Shown here one piece after another: positions 1 through 13,126 of a stretch of 64,000 nt of DNA; positions within the stretch are counted from its first letter, which is position 1; each line of letters opens with the position of its first letter. A program made the position numbers and the translations under genes. The DNA lies in contig OZ286461.1 in assembly GCA_965644265.1 (NCBI GenBank), positions 44,640,001 to 44,704,000 on the forward strand, in the 5' to 3' direction. Source of the stretch: Glycera tridactyla (taxonomy: Eukaryota). Below the pieces are notes generated by a model. The model was not told the DNA's origin. It was given only the letters and a program-made list of their open reading frames with translations, and searched no databases.

Positions 1-1136
1 GCTGTGAAATTTGATGATCCTCGAAATATTTGAATTTGTTTGGCGAGTGTTTACTTGAACAATCTTCAGGATGCTTTTCAAATTAGTCCTATTTATTTGG
101 ATTGACCTGATGCATACTTCATTGTAATGGGATGCACTGGTCATTTCGATTTCCAAGAATTAATTGATATTCCATCTTGTGGTGTGTATTGGAATAGTTG
201 CATGCTTTTATAGACTATTCCCCTTCATATCTGACATTCATTTTCACTGCTATCAATTTCTTTTAATCATGCCTGGAATTTTCTCATACAGAGTTCCAGG
301 TTCTGTCTGACAAATGATAATTTTCCTCTGACATGTTAGACTGACAGACATGTTTTCAGGAACACTGGATCAGATAGTCTTGGATCCCAGAATTTTCAAA
401 TATTTCAAGGCTCAATCTCGGTTGCACTGATTGTAGTGTGTAGAAAATGCAATAGTGGTTGGATACTATAACTGCAGATAGGTTTTGGTGATGAGAGAGT
501 GGCAGTTAGTGGGTGTTGGTATGGGGGGATTCTGCTAGCCTGTAACATGCTGGCCAGCTGTGTACAAACAAACAATCTCTGGCTTCCGGACAGAGAGAAG
601 TCTTAGCTAGTCATGCAGACTTATCATCACCAGAGTATGTGTGTGAGCATACTGGACAGCTTGCTGTGGAACTCACCGGTGAGCAGCTCACAACATTGAC
701 ACATCACTACAGCTGGTTCTTGGTTCCATATGCTCGGCAGCTTGTGTTGCATCTGCTGCTGTTACCAGCAGTTCCTGTGCCAGCTTCCTCAACAAAACTC
801 TGTAATTGGTGCTGAGGTGCTATATGGGATCACTAACCCTTTCCCTCCTGTATATCATTGAGACTCAATCTCTCATTGGTGCACCTTCAACCAGTCTCCA
901 AGAGCAGGTTGGATTGGAACCCACTTGCCCTATTCAATATCTTGGCTGTTCTGCTCATTTACTCGTGATCTTGGGCATTTGATTCAGAGTTTTGTATGTA
1001 TTTATGAGGCTTCATTTCAGAGGAAGGATTCAGTTTGACACCATTAGTGGCCAAAGATGTATCTGAACACACATTTAATCCAAAGGTGGAAGGCAGACTT
1101 CTCTTAAAGAAAATCTATATCACTTCACCAGATATA

Positions 1137-1296
1137 CAGTCGAACTTGCTCTAACGACCACCTCTCTATAAAGACCACCTGAGCTGTGACCGTGGTAGTA
1201 TTTTCAACAGTAAATGACCTCTCTATAAAGACCACCTGCCCATAAAGACCGCTTTTTGATGCGACCGAAGGCGGTCTTTATAGACAGGTTCGACTG
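1137..1296 (+). mobile_element. pogo/Tc1-mariner-type MITE, family A copy 1 (160 bp); strand is an arbitrary family orientation
   Basis: TA|CAGTCGAAC...GTTCGACTG|TA: TA target duplication, imperfect TIR of about 16 bp, internal TATAAAGACCACC subrepeats; homologous to 25867, 32559, 48081, 60320. Confidence 0.92.
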
Positions 1297-1495
1297 TATC
1301 TGGCTAATTTTGGTTTCCTCAAAATTAGAAGTGCAACAAACCGAAGTGTTACGGCTTCAGTGACACTGATCTTTCTGGCTACACATCACGCCAAACCCTG
1401 AGTGCCACTTCCCTTGATAATGTTAGCTTTCATTCCTAACTCACATGGCATATCTCAACCCGGGTTGAATCAAATGAACCTCGTCTTGTTGTCAG

Positions 1496-1510
1496 TTTTT
1501 GAAACATTCG
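1496..1510 (+). CDS. candidate 15-nt microexon (FLKHS in phase 0, or x-FETF in phase 2)
   Basis: ctcgtcttgttgtcAG|TTTTTGAAACATTCG|GTAAGT; CTAAC branch-like motif at 1436-1440; splice signals only, no homology support. Confidence 0.2.
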
Positions 1511-2669
1511 GTAAGTTGTGAGTCATATGTTCTTTCAGCCTGGAGGATATAGGATCATCCCTGCACTAGAGTTGGGTTGGGAGTCCTGGGATGTGTTAAA
1601 TGTCTGAACTGTCTCGATACTCTGATCTGTATCCCTTCACAAACATCAAATCTAATATTTTTTGTGAGCATAGTTGGTCTGCCGTAGCCAGCTTCATTTC
1701 ACTCGCCTTTTTTCCTGTCTGGTGAACTTGAATTTTCATCCAGCTAATGGATTGCAAGTATTATTCTATTTAGATAAAATCATGTCCAGTGGACCTGTAA
1801 GCTGCCCATTTCCTGGCTTGTTTCTGACCTTTCAAAGAATTAGTCCCCATTGTGTTTGTGGATCCAGTGCTGACTTTGTCAGCCAGACATCTCAGGAATT
1901 CGCCCATGATTTGGGAGAAATCCCACCCTCAGGATTGACAGGGTGAGTGATATTTTAGTTTCTTTGCGATTTCATGGTGTTGCACTCAGCCAGTGGGGTG
2001 TTTCCATGCCTGTGCACTCGTGGAGGTCGTGCAGGGCTGATTCTAGTTGATTGAATACATGTATATGTGAACATTTTGACATTTTGATGTTGACCCCCAA
2101 CTTATTCCCTAGAATTAGGAACACACAGTAGTTCTTATCATGATCTTGCCTTTGCAACTTCATCACTCAGATATTGTTCATAGCTGGCACTGGAAATCGT
2201 GGCAATCAGAGTGAGAGGAAAAAGCTCCCCCACATGCCCTGGGCATGTAGGCATTCCTGGTGAGCAGATGTCTTGAAACTCTGCAGTGATTTATATTGGA
2301 AAATATTTATTTGATTTTCAACTGAAAATTCAAATACTATGGAAAGTTGATTGATTCGATAAGCATATCTTGGTGCTACTATTGAATACATTTTTACATC
2401 ATACATAATGTTTTTTATTGGCCTAATGTTCCCATGATCTGTTCATGATCGTCACTAGCGGATGCCCATCGGCTGGATTGCTTAGGGAAAATTTGAGTCA
2501 CCCTGGATCCTGATTATTTTGGCCCTGTTGGTGACATTCATGCCGGTTCCACTGCTGTGAGTTGTGTTGGCCTGATAATGACGTCCAACACCCGGTCACC
2601 TCGGAGTCAGCCTCGAAGATTCATCATAATTCATCTTCGGAAGAACCTGTCCTGTCCAGTCTGCAGCTG

Positions 2670-2686
2670 CCTTTGATACGGGGCGG
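2670..2686. promoter_or_regulatory. candidate TCF/LEF site with adjacent C-clamp helper site
   Basis: CCTTTGAT-acg-GGCGGC in a locally GC-rich patch. Confidence 0.3.
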
Positions 2687-3431
2687 CAGCTCCACCTGAA
2701 CACTGCTACCCCCAGCTCAAGGCTGATTAAGATTCGACCAGCGGCTGCGGCTAGGTCCTACTTCAGAGTTTGACTTCTTGTCCTGGCTGCTGGACTTCAA
2801 TGGATCGAGGCATGACTGATTTATTGCCACCTTTCCCATTCTGACAGAAGTGCATTCCGTCATAATTATCGTGAAATATTACTCACATGACAACAAACTT
2901 GTTCGTGGTCGGTATTTTGTTAACACATCATTTGTACTACCGAGGTTCTGCGCCCATGGATAGTCAGTAATTCATCATTGACAGTGCTTCACAGTACTTA
3001 AGTTTGATGGAACAGGATTTGAATTTGATATTCATCCTACATTTTTGGTGACGGCTTCGGTGGTGATTCCAAAATGTGGTTATTTCAGCTCAGAAAATCA
3101 TTAGCATCAGAAAAATATAAGCAATTAACATGGCATGGTGGGTTTGCGGTGAACCATTCAAAGTTATGGGAATTGTATGATTGAAAGCTCATATCATGGC
3201 GGGTTGGAATGTGGATGGATGACCTTCTCATAAGAGGCAGGCGAGGTAGCATATTTATGGGGCAAGCTCCAGCTTACCCTGGCAAGTATAATTATATAAT
3301 CGGAAAAAGTGTGGGATTGGCTGGGTTGTTGTGACTTGTAAAGCGATTAAGGGTAGGGCAGGCCTTTCAGTTTATATTCTGGGGTGAGTGAGGAAGCAGC
3401 TGGAATTCGAGTTGTTAGCTCAAGGAGAAGA

Positions 3432-3461
3432 CGAGCAATGATGGCTCGAGCAATGATGGCT
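3432..3461. repeat. 15-bp perfect tandem duplication
   Basis: CGAGCAATGATGGCT x2. Confidence 0.9.
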
Positions 3462-3510
3462 CCCCATTGCAACTCAACATATTCCCCTGATCTGATCATT
3501 CAACATGGGA

Positions 3511-3573
3511 CTCCTCCTCCTCCTCCTCCTCCTCCTCCTCCTCCTCCTCCTCCTCCTCCTCCTCCTCCTCCTC
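3511..3573. repeat. (CTC)n microsatellite, about 21 units
   Basis: Direct reading; explains the poly-Pro ORF 3384..3602. Confidence 0.97.
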
Positions 3574-4274
3574 CCTTTTCTATGTGTAGCTGTGCTTTAT
3601 GAATTTACTGTATGTTATTCATCCAGTGTAGCAAACTTTTGAGACTTCCCTTTTAGTACTGAAATTATGCTGGGAATCTCAGTATACTCTCACGGAATTT
3701 GTTGACTGGATTGTTTCACTGTTCATAAGTATGTATGGCTGTACTTAAGTGGAAATATTCTGCCAGGATGGATACAGCATTGATGCTTTGGAAAGGTTTT
3801 TGCTTGGGCATCTTCAAGACAAGATTATTTGGTCGTTTGGATATCTTCCCCGGCCCTCCTCAGTGGTTGATGACAAGAGGAGAACTGGCATCATGACCAT
3901 TGCACCTGAAGCAATTAGTGATGCAGCCAGTCTCCGCTTTCATTTTCCTAAGGTCAGCGGGATAAGGATGGGGGGGGGGGGGGGGTGCTAGTCATAGAGC
4001 AAGTAGCTAACATGGATGGAGAGAGCGGGAAGATTTCCATCCAGGTATCATAGGCATCATCTCAGTTATCAAAAAGAACAGGTGGGAGGGGAAAATGAGA
4101 TCAGCTTCATTCACATGTGTGGTTTGATGTGGGAGGTGTGTGTGTGGGGGGGGGGGGGGGCAATCTGAATGGTTGTGTGTGGTTGCCATCCCCCTTCTTC
4201 TATGTGATATACCGGCTGTGGAATCTGTTGATGTGTTTGAGTGTGAATTTAGGGAGTTACTGAGCATTACTGCG

Positions 4275-4285
4275 AGATCAAAGGG
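4275..4285 (+). promoter_or_regulatory. consensus TCF/LEF motif
   Basis: AGATCAAAGGG, with TAATTG and TGGCGGG about 15-25 bp downstream; a single motif can arise by chance. Confidence 0.25.
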
Positions 4286-7200
4286 ATGCAGGTGAGCAGC
4301 TAATTGGCGGGAGTTCGCCTAGTCTCTCCTTGCACTACTTAGCCGGAATTAGCCTCTGCATCTCCACTGACCAGTGTCCAGACTACCGTGCAAGCTGGGT
4401 CAATCACCACAGTGGTTGGTGCACAGGCTGCTGGGGCATGCAGCCTGTCTGGCCTGCGTTTATACCCTCAACTAGTTCACTCCAGGTATATGTAGGCTGG
4501 TATCTATCTGTCAGTTGTACAGGAAGCCGTATTCACCTACCTCCTCAGCACAGATGGTATTCGAGTATGCTTCTACTTGTCTGTTCATGCTCAAACTGAG
4601 TGTCAGTTGCTGAATGCAGGAAATCAGTTATCTTACAAATCATCACTCCATGAATGCCTTTGGATTGGAGACATATACATCTATAAAGTTCAACTTCAGA
4701 TGTTTATGGAGTTGCTTCAAATGATTTGTAAGGTCTATCAACAGGAAATTTGCCACAAAATGTGGAATTCATAAGTATCTGGAATTGGGCTGAAAGTTTC
4801 AAAGCTAGTGCTTTTAGGAAATGTGAGGATAGTTTCAGAAACTTGCTTGCTGATTAAAGTTCCCCATTTCTAGAGGAGGGAGAGGCCAGTGAAAGCTGCA
4901 TTATCCAGCTGCAATGCTGGTAAATAAGTGGGTGTTGAAGGCTGCATGTCCATGTAGCCTGGGTTGGTGTGGCAATCAGCTGTTGTGGTGTGGGAAGCCG
5001 AGGGATCGGCAGGCTGGAAAAAAGCGAGCCGGGAGTATTTGGGCACTGTTTAGTGTGCACCTGATGATAGTTGTGATCAGATCTCTATAGATCTAGTGTC
5101 TGTTTCTGATTACATGGCACACACTGCTACGGCTGCTGGCCTTGTGCATGGTGTGCTTGTATCGCTGTGCACCAGGCTTCTCCCGCATACTGTAACTTGG
5201 GACCCCTCCAGAGACTGCCACTCCTGGATTGAAGGCTTTCATTGAAGTCTAAGAATATATAAAATTTCAAATAGACTCAGCCTGTGGCTTCGATTCCAAC
5301 ATACTGTAAACCAAGAGGACTGATATTGATTCTTGGGCAGCCTCGAGTTTTGTGAAAGTCGCCACTGGCACCATTCATAGCATCAGCTTACACCTCCATG
5401 GCTTGCCATACTTCCCCCTGATAAACACGCTAAGGCCGTGCCTTTCTGATCATGCATCATGGTATAGAGGAAGCAGAAATGACAAATTAGTATGGCTTCC
5501 TTCACTTTGAATCCTTTCTAATCTATAAATGAGTGAAAGTGGCCACCCTCTGTAATATGCTCCTATCATAGGCCTGGCCTTCACTGCATAACGGAGAAGA
5601 ATCCACCCCAATATATGAAGACCATATCTAATTGTAATAAGTTATGATTGATTTCCACCTGCCTGCCAAGAAAATCTACCTGCTCTGGACAGGTGGGCAG
5701 TTATCTCTCCTCACCTTGTGAAGATGTTTGATTCAACGGACAGATCTTGGGAGGTGTGGCGAGTCATGTAAGCTGCTTCATGTTTCATATGATTTAGTCA
5801 GTACTGAGATCAGCATGTCAATCTGGTACTCAAGGTGTGAACTAGATGGGCATTGAGTGGTGAGTGGAGTGTGAGTCGAGTTGGACAGTGCTGATAACAT
5901 GGGAGCTGTTGCATGCCGCTTGAGTGACAGGCTGGAAGATGCTGGGGGCTCCAAGTGTGGCATTTCTACATGTTTATTTGATGGCCGTCTGAGATCACAA
6001 GATGACATGGCGGCTGGTTGTAATTCACTCGGGTCGCAGGTCAGATTCGAGGCGAAACTGGATCAGTCTGCTTCTGACCTCTGACCTGCACCTCACTTAC
6101 TTCCTTCTCAACCCTCGACCCATGCTCAACCCCCATCAGCTGCATGGGGCTTTGTTTTCCCGATTGCTAACCATCAGCTAATGTGGTGAGGCTTGAGTTG
6201 AAGCTTCTCTTACCTTACTGGAAGAGATGATATCTCCTCTACAGACTCGTGACAGGTGGCAAGAATTTCGAGAATCAGTATCTGCTGAGTTCCTACAAAG
6301 CCCATTGTTTGCACAGATTTTGTGAATTCCTTCAGGCTGATGTTGGCCAGTTGGATTGTAATAGGAGAATGGCTCAGGACTCAATCGGAGGATTTTTTCG
6401 GAGTGATTAGTCCAGTTTGATTCCGTGTGGAGAGGGATAGGTTCATGTTGTGGTGGAGTAGGTCTGTGTTACATGGGGTAGAAGGACACATTCCTGTGAT
6501 GGTCCCTGGTTACCCAGCACTTGTGGGGAATGTCGACAGGTATTTCTGCAAGTATGTTGGCTGGCAATTTAGCATCAGGCTGGTGACTTGTGCTGACATG
6601 TCAGGCGATGCCTGCCTTCCCAAGACAACAACTTGCTCATCGTCTTGCGATCCGAGCACAATAACCATTGAGTCGCTGCCACATGAAAGGAATGCATCCA
6701 TTCTAGCCACAATTCTATCCCGTTCTATTTACCAGAAATTTCTTTCAGGTGCAAATCACCAATTTGACTGAGTAATTGGAAGGCTGTCCATACAATTTTC
6801 CATGATTACTTCCATGCTGGGCTGAGCATGAGTTGTTAATTAATCTGCCTCCATGAATAACCATGTAGGCTTCCATGAGAGTTCAGTGTCATAATAAGAG
6901 GATTAAAAATCACATAATTTTTTGCCTGGAGTTCATTTTTGGTACACACAATTTCTGAAATCCCAGGTATGATTTCCGAGGCTGCTTAAAATATATAAAC
7001 AAGTCAGATTTGTGCGTCATGAATTCTGCGCCTGAAAGAATATCCCTATCAGGCAATCTAAAGGCGGAAATTTGATTTTCAGGGATTTCGTTTTTCACCA
7101 GCCAATAAGTTCTGATTTCCAGGAGGTTTTCTCCTAATGAGTCAATGGTAATTCACCCTAGAATTGAAAGAGTGGGTCATCAAGTTTTTCATTTCTCAGG

Positions 7201-9980
7201 AGGTGTTGACTTCTGTTAATGTGTATGTGACGATGATATGATTGCCCAGCCATCATTTTTTTCCTCGGGGAAGGCTGGTACACATGGTACCTCTGCACTA
7301 ACTTTTGAATGAGGAGGGGGAAGATGTGTTTTGGTGTGTAGCTGACAGATGGTTGAAGGAGTAATAGCTGGCATGGTATGGTATGGTGTGTGTGTTTCGC
7401 CAGCAGGAGTAATTTATCGCTTAGCCTAGGTCAATATGTTGGTGCCGATGATGTAGTAATTGTTCTCAACAAGCTGCTTGTTGTACCGCACCCAGTATCA
7501 CATGAAATCATGGCCACAACAGGCGCGCAGCGGAGGGAACTGACTTAAATATTCATCACCCCAATTACCTGATCACATGGAGAGGGGGGGGGGGGGGCAG
7601 TATTCCACTATCACATCTTCGATGAGTACCAGCATAGGCTCTACCATCTGCTATGATATTAAGTTATGAAGTTAACTTCCTGCAAATTCTGAGTGTGGAG
7701 TTTCACACTGGTGAAACTGCCCCATGGCCTGTATCACCAAAGATTGAGTGCATTCGAAATTTTGTTGCTGCTTTCAATCACCATTGGTTTCTCAGTTAAC
7801 CATGATGATTGAGCGTACCAATGCAAGTTTGATTTTTTTTTTTTCGACAAGCTTAGTGAATAGTGCCCAGATCAGTGTGTGCCAGGGTTTCTTGTGCTTG
7901 CTCCTGCTATGGTTCATTCATGCAGCACCAATGTCTGTACCTCTACAACTGGGCCCCGTAATTATGGTATTAGGTTTGATAAACGGCTGCCATTCCCAAC
8001 GCTCACAGGCAATAAGGTCCTGTCAGAAGGTCATATGGCTGAAAGGTTTTGGTATGCACCATTTATCCTTAACAAGGTTTATATGCCTCAGCATCTCACA
8101 TTTACCTGGGTTTGATTTGATGATTTCAAGGTCATGTACACACCCAGTACTTGGCACTCAAATCTGCTCAATGATGTATATCTCTTGATTCTGATAGCAA
8201 GAGTTTGCTCTTGATACAAGTTAGCGGACTGGTCGTAATAGTGAACTGAAAATGAAAAATAATTGCGGGAGAATTGAAAGCCATATGACAGATCATCTTC
8301 GCAGTTTTTTCATCAATATTGCCATCTGCTCAATCTCCATCCTGCCAACATGGATTATGTAGTAAAAGCATTTCTTATTTCTAGTATCTACCCCGATTTG
8401 TGATGATCTCTTAAACTCCCTCATTATTTTCGACATGATTACCTGTTGTGTGGATTTGCCGTTGTTCAACCAAAACACATCGAAAAAGACAAGATTCTGA
8501 AAAATCTGATCAGTTTTCTTCGAATATGCCTGGATCTCACGATGGACAGAGATTTAATTTCTGGGAGCATATTGTATTGGAACCCTCGCTGAGTATCTCT
8601 TAAGCACCTTGTATTGTGTCCGCGTGGCCCCTGGGGTCAGCAGCTACTGGGGTCCTGCTCAAATTACCCTGTCCGTTGGTGTGCCTACCCAGCCATGACT
8701 AATGTCACCTGAGAGTTTGAATTGGCATCTTCTTGCCTGCTTACCGATCAAACAAAAATCACCATTCTCCTATTGACTGACTAAATAGTCACGCCCTTTC
8801 TTACCTTTTAGAATTTGAAGTGGATGAGAAATTTTCAAAATTTGGCACAGGTAACTGTCATCACAGAGCTGGATAATGGCTCAGGTTTTCTTGTCTTCTC
8901 AAGTTGGATCATCATAGTTGCCAGAGTAGCAATTAAAAATATCCAGCAAGTGCAACAACAGTTATTTAAACAGGACGGTTTTTCATAACTAGGGATATTG
9001 TTTCAAATGTTGGCCAGGTAATTCAAAGCAATTATCTCAGTATTAATGCCATCATAATTATCATCTGTTCTAAGTGACCTTTTCTGGATTTAAACTGCAA
9101 CTTTTCTGCACTTCCTGACATTTCCTTGGGTATGAATTGAAATAGTCAACAATCTGTAAGTAGAAAGTTGATCTTGAGACGAATCCAAACAAGAAATTGA
9201 TTTATGGGATTTCGTGGAATATTTTGTAGAAACTGTGAAGAAGAAGGTCCATTAATCATCTGGAACTACATGTCCCCGACAGAGTGGTCATTCACGGAGG
9301 TTTTGAATGAGACTAATTTTCCATTCATGCCTTTTGTGTTCGAGCATATGCATCATTTCAGATTTCCCTGGTCTCCTCGGGAATTTGAAAGATGCTGGGC
9401 GAGTGACTTCCTCCTATTTGTCATAAGGTTTTAGATAGCTTGTCACTGCCAGCAGGTTTACAATGATAACCTTTTATTGCCATGAAAGGATGATCCATAA
9501 ACACTGGCATATCGGTTGTATTCACCAGCATTTGCTTCCCGTACTTGGTCAGTGAAATAATTTGAAGTAAATGGGCGAATCATGTAGGCTCACTGTTTAA
9601 AGGGAGCCTGTCCCAGCGATGCAGTCCCACGATGATCCTCTTGTATGTACATGTATTCGCTTCACGGCTACGCGCGGCCTGGTACTGCCGCCTGAGCACT
9701 TGTAAGTTGTGAAACCAACCACTCTAAATGTTGGCCCTCACTGCCACTCACTGTGTATATTTACTATTTGCTAAACATTGAGTCTCTTCGTTCTGACAAG
9801 CTTGGTACCAGCCCGATCCTAGTAGCTGAATCACGTCATGCATACCTTCACATCTCACCTGATTGTTGCTTCATCAATAGCTTTGCTCCTATCAAATGCC
9901 AAAATCACAGCAAGTTTGGATTTTAGTTATGGTTCATTGCTTCAAATGTCTGATCAAATTGATAATAGGGTATCCATGGA

Positions 9981-10002
9981 GGGGGGGGGGGGGGGGGGGG
10001 GG
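9981..10002 (+). repeat. G22 homopolymer (one of 13 G/C runs of 12 nt or more in the window)
   Basis: Direct reading. Confidence 0.95.
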
Positions 10003-10329
10003 CTTCATCTCTCTTTCTATGAAAATTGGAGTGGTCTAATTTTTTCATGTCATTCCTGGAATGTAGCTTACTCAAGTTGAAAAAAAAATAGATATCAAGA
10101 AACTATATTTCATGGTTCACCATTGGAATGTACAACATCATGACTCAATGATGTATAAATGTTGTTACCAGTGATAACATCATAGCTGGTCTATGAATGA
10201 ATATTTCACAGGTTTTATCCTTTCAGTGATTGATATTTCACGGGCTGGTGCCAATTTTCTGCATATGAGCAGGGGTATATTTGCTATATGAAGGGAGTCG
10301 GAACTAATGGGGTTTGGCATGCAGTGGGG

Positions 10330-10368
10330 CACGTGTCGGGTCAGTGGTGATTGGCGAAGGGGCGGAGC
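10330..10368. promoter_or_regulatory. promoter-like motif module (E-box, CCAAT box, GC box)
   Basis: CACGTG 10330-10335, TGATTGG 10348-10354, GGGGCGGAGC 10359-10368. Confidence 0.25.
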
Positions 10369-12057
10369 ACTAGCCGTGATCACAGGATCCAACGAGGGAT
10401 GAATGAATACACCCGCTTGTCAGTTAGTGAGCTCTGGTGTAGGGATGTCATGTCCTGACTGGGTCAAGAGATCCATTCTCCTCCGGGGGTCTTACCCCGG
10501 GTCTTTCACACCAGTATGATTACACTGGGTGTACGTAGACCTTGCGGACATATGATGACTCCACATCTCTCAATGTGACCCAGTTGAAATTTCATATCTT
10601 CTCTATGTATCTTGGCCTACCTGCATACCCAAAATATAGAACCCCAATTGGGCATTGCATGTTTCAACTTTCCCAAAATGCGTGCACCATTTGTATCATC
10701 CCTTCTCGGAAGATGTGTGGGGAATATTTTCATTGATCTGTGCCATTGGCTATTTCCTTGTGACGTTCGTGATGGCACTCACACGCACACGCATGATGAT
10801 GATGTTGTCCCTTCCGCACACACTCACACGGCGCACACGCTCACACGACGATGTCGTCCCTTGGACACATGCACACACACACACATTCATAACACGGTCA
10901 GGATTTCCTCTGAAGTCCTGACCAGGACATCCTTGAATAGCAAACTAGATTGGTTTCACCCTACGAGTAATCCTGCTACACTTTATAGCAAACATATAAT
11001 ATTTGTCTCACTTGAATGATGAGAATCGAAATAAGATTTCAATGAAGAAATTGGATTATCAGGTTCTCCTATTTGAAAAAGCTGGTGGGTTTTGCTAATT
11101 GGGTCATTTGATGATTCCCAAGAAACTTGAAATTGATCTCTCAATACTTTTTATATAATTTTTGCTCTCTATTCAGATCTCTCCTTGACATTTTGAGGTT
11201 GATGGTATTTTGAAGAATGCAGCTGATTATTGATTAAGTTTTCATTGGTTTCAACAGAGAAGCCAGTCAAAAATGAATATTAGGAAATTGTGTTTATGTC
11301 AGGGGCAGATATTGTTTGTAGCATGAGGGGCCATATTGGTTAAGTGTGTGTTAATGATTTGAATACCCTATAGTATTGCAGGTGTCTGCATCTCATTGTA
11401 AGCCAATCACGGGTGAATTTATGTATTTGTCCTGAGATTGGGTTAAAGATGGGTACTTTTAAATGCAGCGGGTCTCAGATCGTTGAAGTTTGTAATCACC
11501 CGAGGGTATACTCCTCGATTGCGCTAGACTGGCTCGCTAACAAGCTGACGTAGGGAGGTGAGAGGTATGGTTCACATCAACTGAGCACCCTCGCCATCCA
11601 CTCACCAAACACTGATTACCCACCATTGGCTCAGGACCCCCACCGCCTCCAACATTATGTACCTGATCGGCAATCACCCTTTTACTACCACATTTCAATG
11701 CTCATTTCCAGTTCAATCCCAAAGTGAGATATGAACTCAGTAAATAATGGACTGAAAATAGCAGCATGAGTTTTATGGTGCATTTTTGTATGGAGTTGAT
11801 TTTTATGTGTTGTAAGTGGTGATTGTGTTGCAAATGAGGGAAGAATCACTCATTGCTTGTGTTCAGTCATGGGCTGAAAGGATTAACGGGCATTTTAACA
11901 CCCGTCTTTCTCCACTGTTAATAGGCGGGCATGCTGATCTGATCTCACTCACACCTGGTTTGAGCCAGCCTTCAATGGGCGCTGATCTTTTTTTCCCAGC
12001 TTCATACATCACCTGACAGGGCTGACACCCATTCATCCCTTTGGGCATGGGGTGTGC

Positions 12058-12083
12058 CCAACATTGCCGCCCAACATTGCCGC
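12058..12083. repeat. 13-bp tandem duplication
   Basis: CCAACATTGCCGC x2. Confidence 0.9.
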
Positions 12084-13030
12084 CAACTACATATTATCAT
12101 TTCAAAATTTACCTGCCACTTGTTACCTTTACATCAAATTTGGTTCATTTCGGTCAGGAGTTTACTGTAAATTAAAGCACTGATGGTCATAATTCACAAG
12201 ATCCCCAATTCCGTCCACTTGCAATTGCTATGTGGTTTCTATCTCACAGTTGGATCCTGGGAATATGAGGGTTAAAATTTTCTGTCACTTGTCACATTTT
12301 CACAGCCTAGTCATCTGCTACGTTAAATGCTGAAAAAAAAAAAATCACCATTTTCAGAGTTCTTCAGTGGCCAGTCACATTACTGGTATCAGTTCCTGAG
12401 CATTGAATAAGGATGGAGGAAGTATGTCTCCGTTCTTATATCCTTTACAATGTCGTCCACAGCACCTCCAGTGAGGACTGGATTATCCTTGTTGTCCATT
12501 GAAAGCCATGACAACCTCCCGTATTTAGTAGTGTACTCAAACACGGCACAAATATAGCCATGCTTATCAGAATTCCTATTTGCATTGACGGCAAAAAGGC
12601 TACGTCTGCATTGAGTGCGTGACCTACTATTTTTGGGGTATAAGAATGTGTCTCACCACATTTTGATTTTTTAATTGGTTCCCGTTCTTAGCTGTATTTC
12701 TCGCTCTGCATATTTATATATGACAACAAACAAACTATATATTTTGAGGAGTGAAGTTGTATTGTGCGAGATTACCTCCTGCGGCCTTGACAATGATTGT
12801 ACCTTCAAACTCCTGCACCAACTAACACCATCGAGGCTTCGTATTTGTATAATTACACAGTATAGAATTACAGCCGTGCCAGTGCAATAGAAAGACTGAA
12901 TTATGAGGTGGAGAATTAGGAGTCATGTTGTTTGAGCTTTATGTGACACAGATCTGTTGATATAACTTTCATGTGCTGCCTTCATGTACCTATTGGCCCT
13001 GCCCTCCTGCTATGGAGGCTGCTTAAGATG

Positions 13031-13126
13031 CCGTCCGTCCATCCATCCATCCATCCATCCATCCATCCATCCATCCATCCATCCATCCATCCATCCATCC
13101 ATCCATCCATCCATCCATCCATCCAT
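13031..13126. repeat. (CCGT)2(CCAT)n tetranucleotide microsatellite
   Basis: Direct reading. Confidence 0.97.

Noticed and set aside
3384-3602. Poly-proline ORF, and likewise the HT/CV-repeat and poly-Gly ORFs at 16.4, 20.0, 20.9, 23.9, 30.7 and 54.5 kb
   Set aside because: Products of (CTC)n, (CA)n/(GT)n and G-run microsatellites.
6178-6384. Minus-strand CANNGLC...C...C peptide ending at an AG|GTAAGA donor, superficially EGF-like
   Set aside because: Lacks the CxC and G-aromatic motifs, and no acceptor identified; likely chance.
9597-9620. TTAA-AGGGAGCCTGTCCC (and TTAAAAGGGACAGTC at about 38937) as Kolobok-type termini
   Set aside because: No matching inverted terminus with TTAA found nearby.
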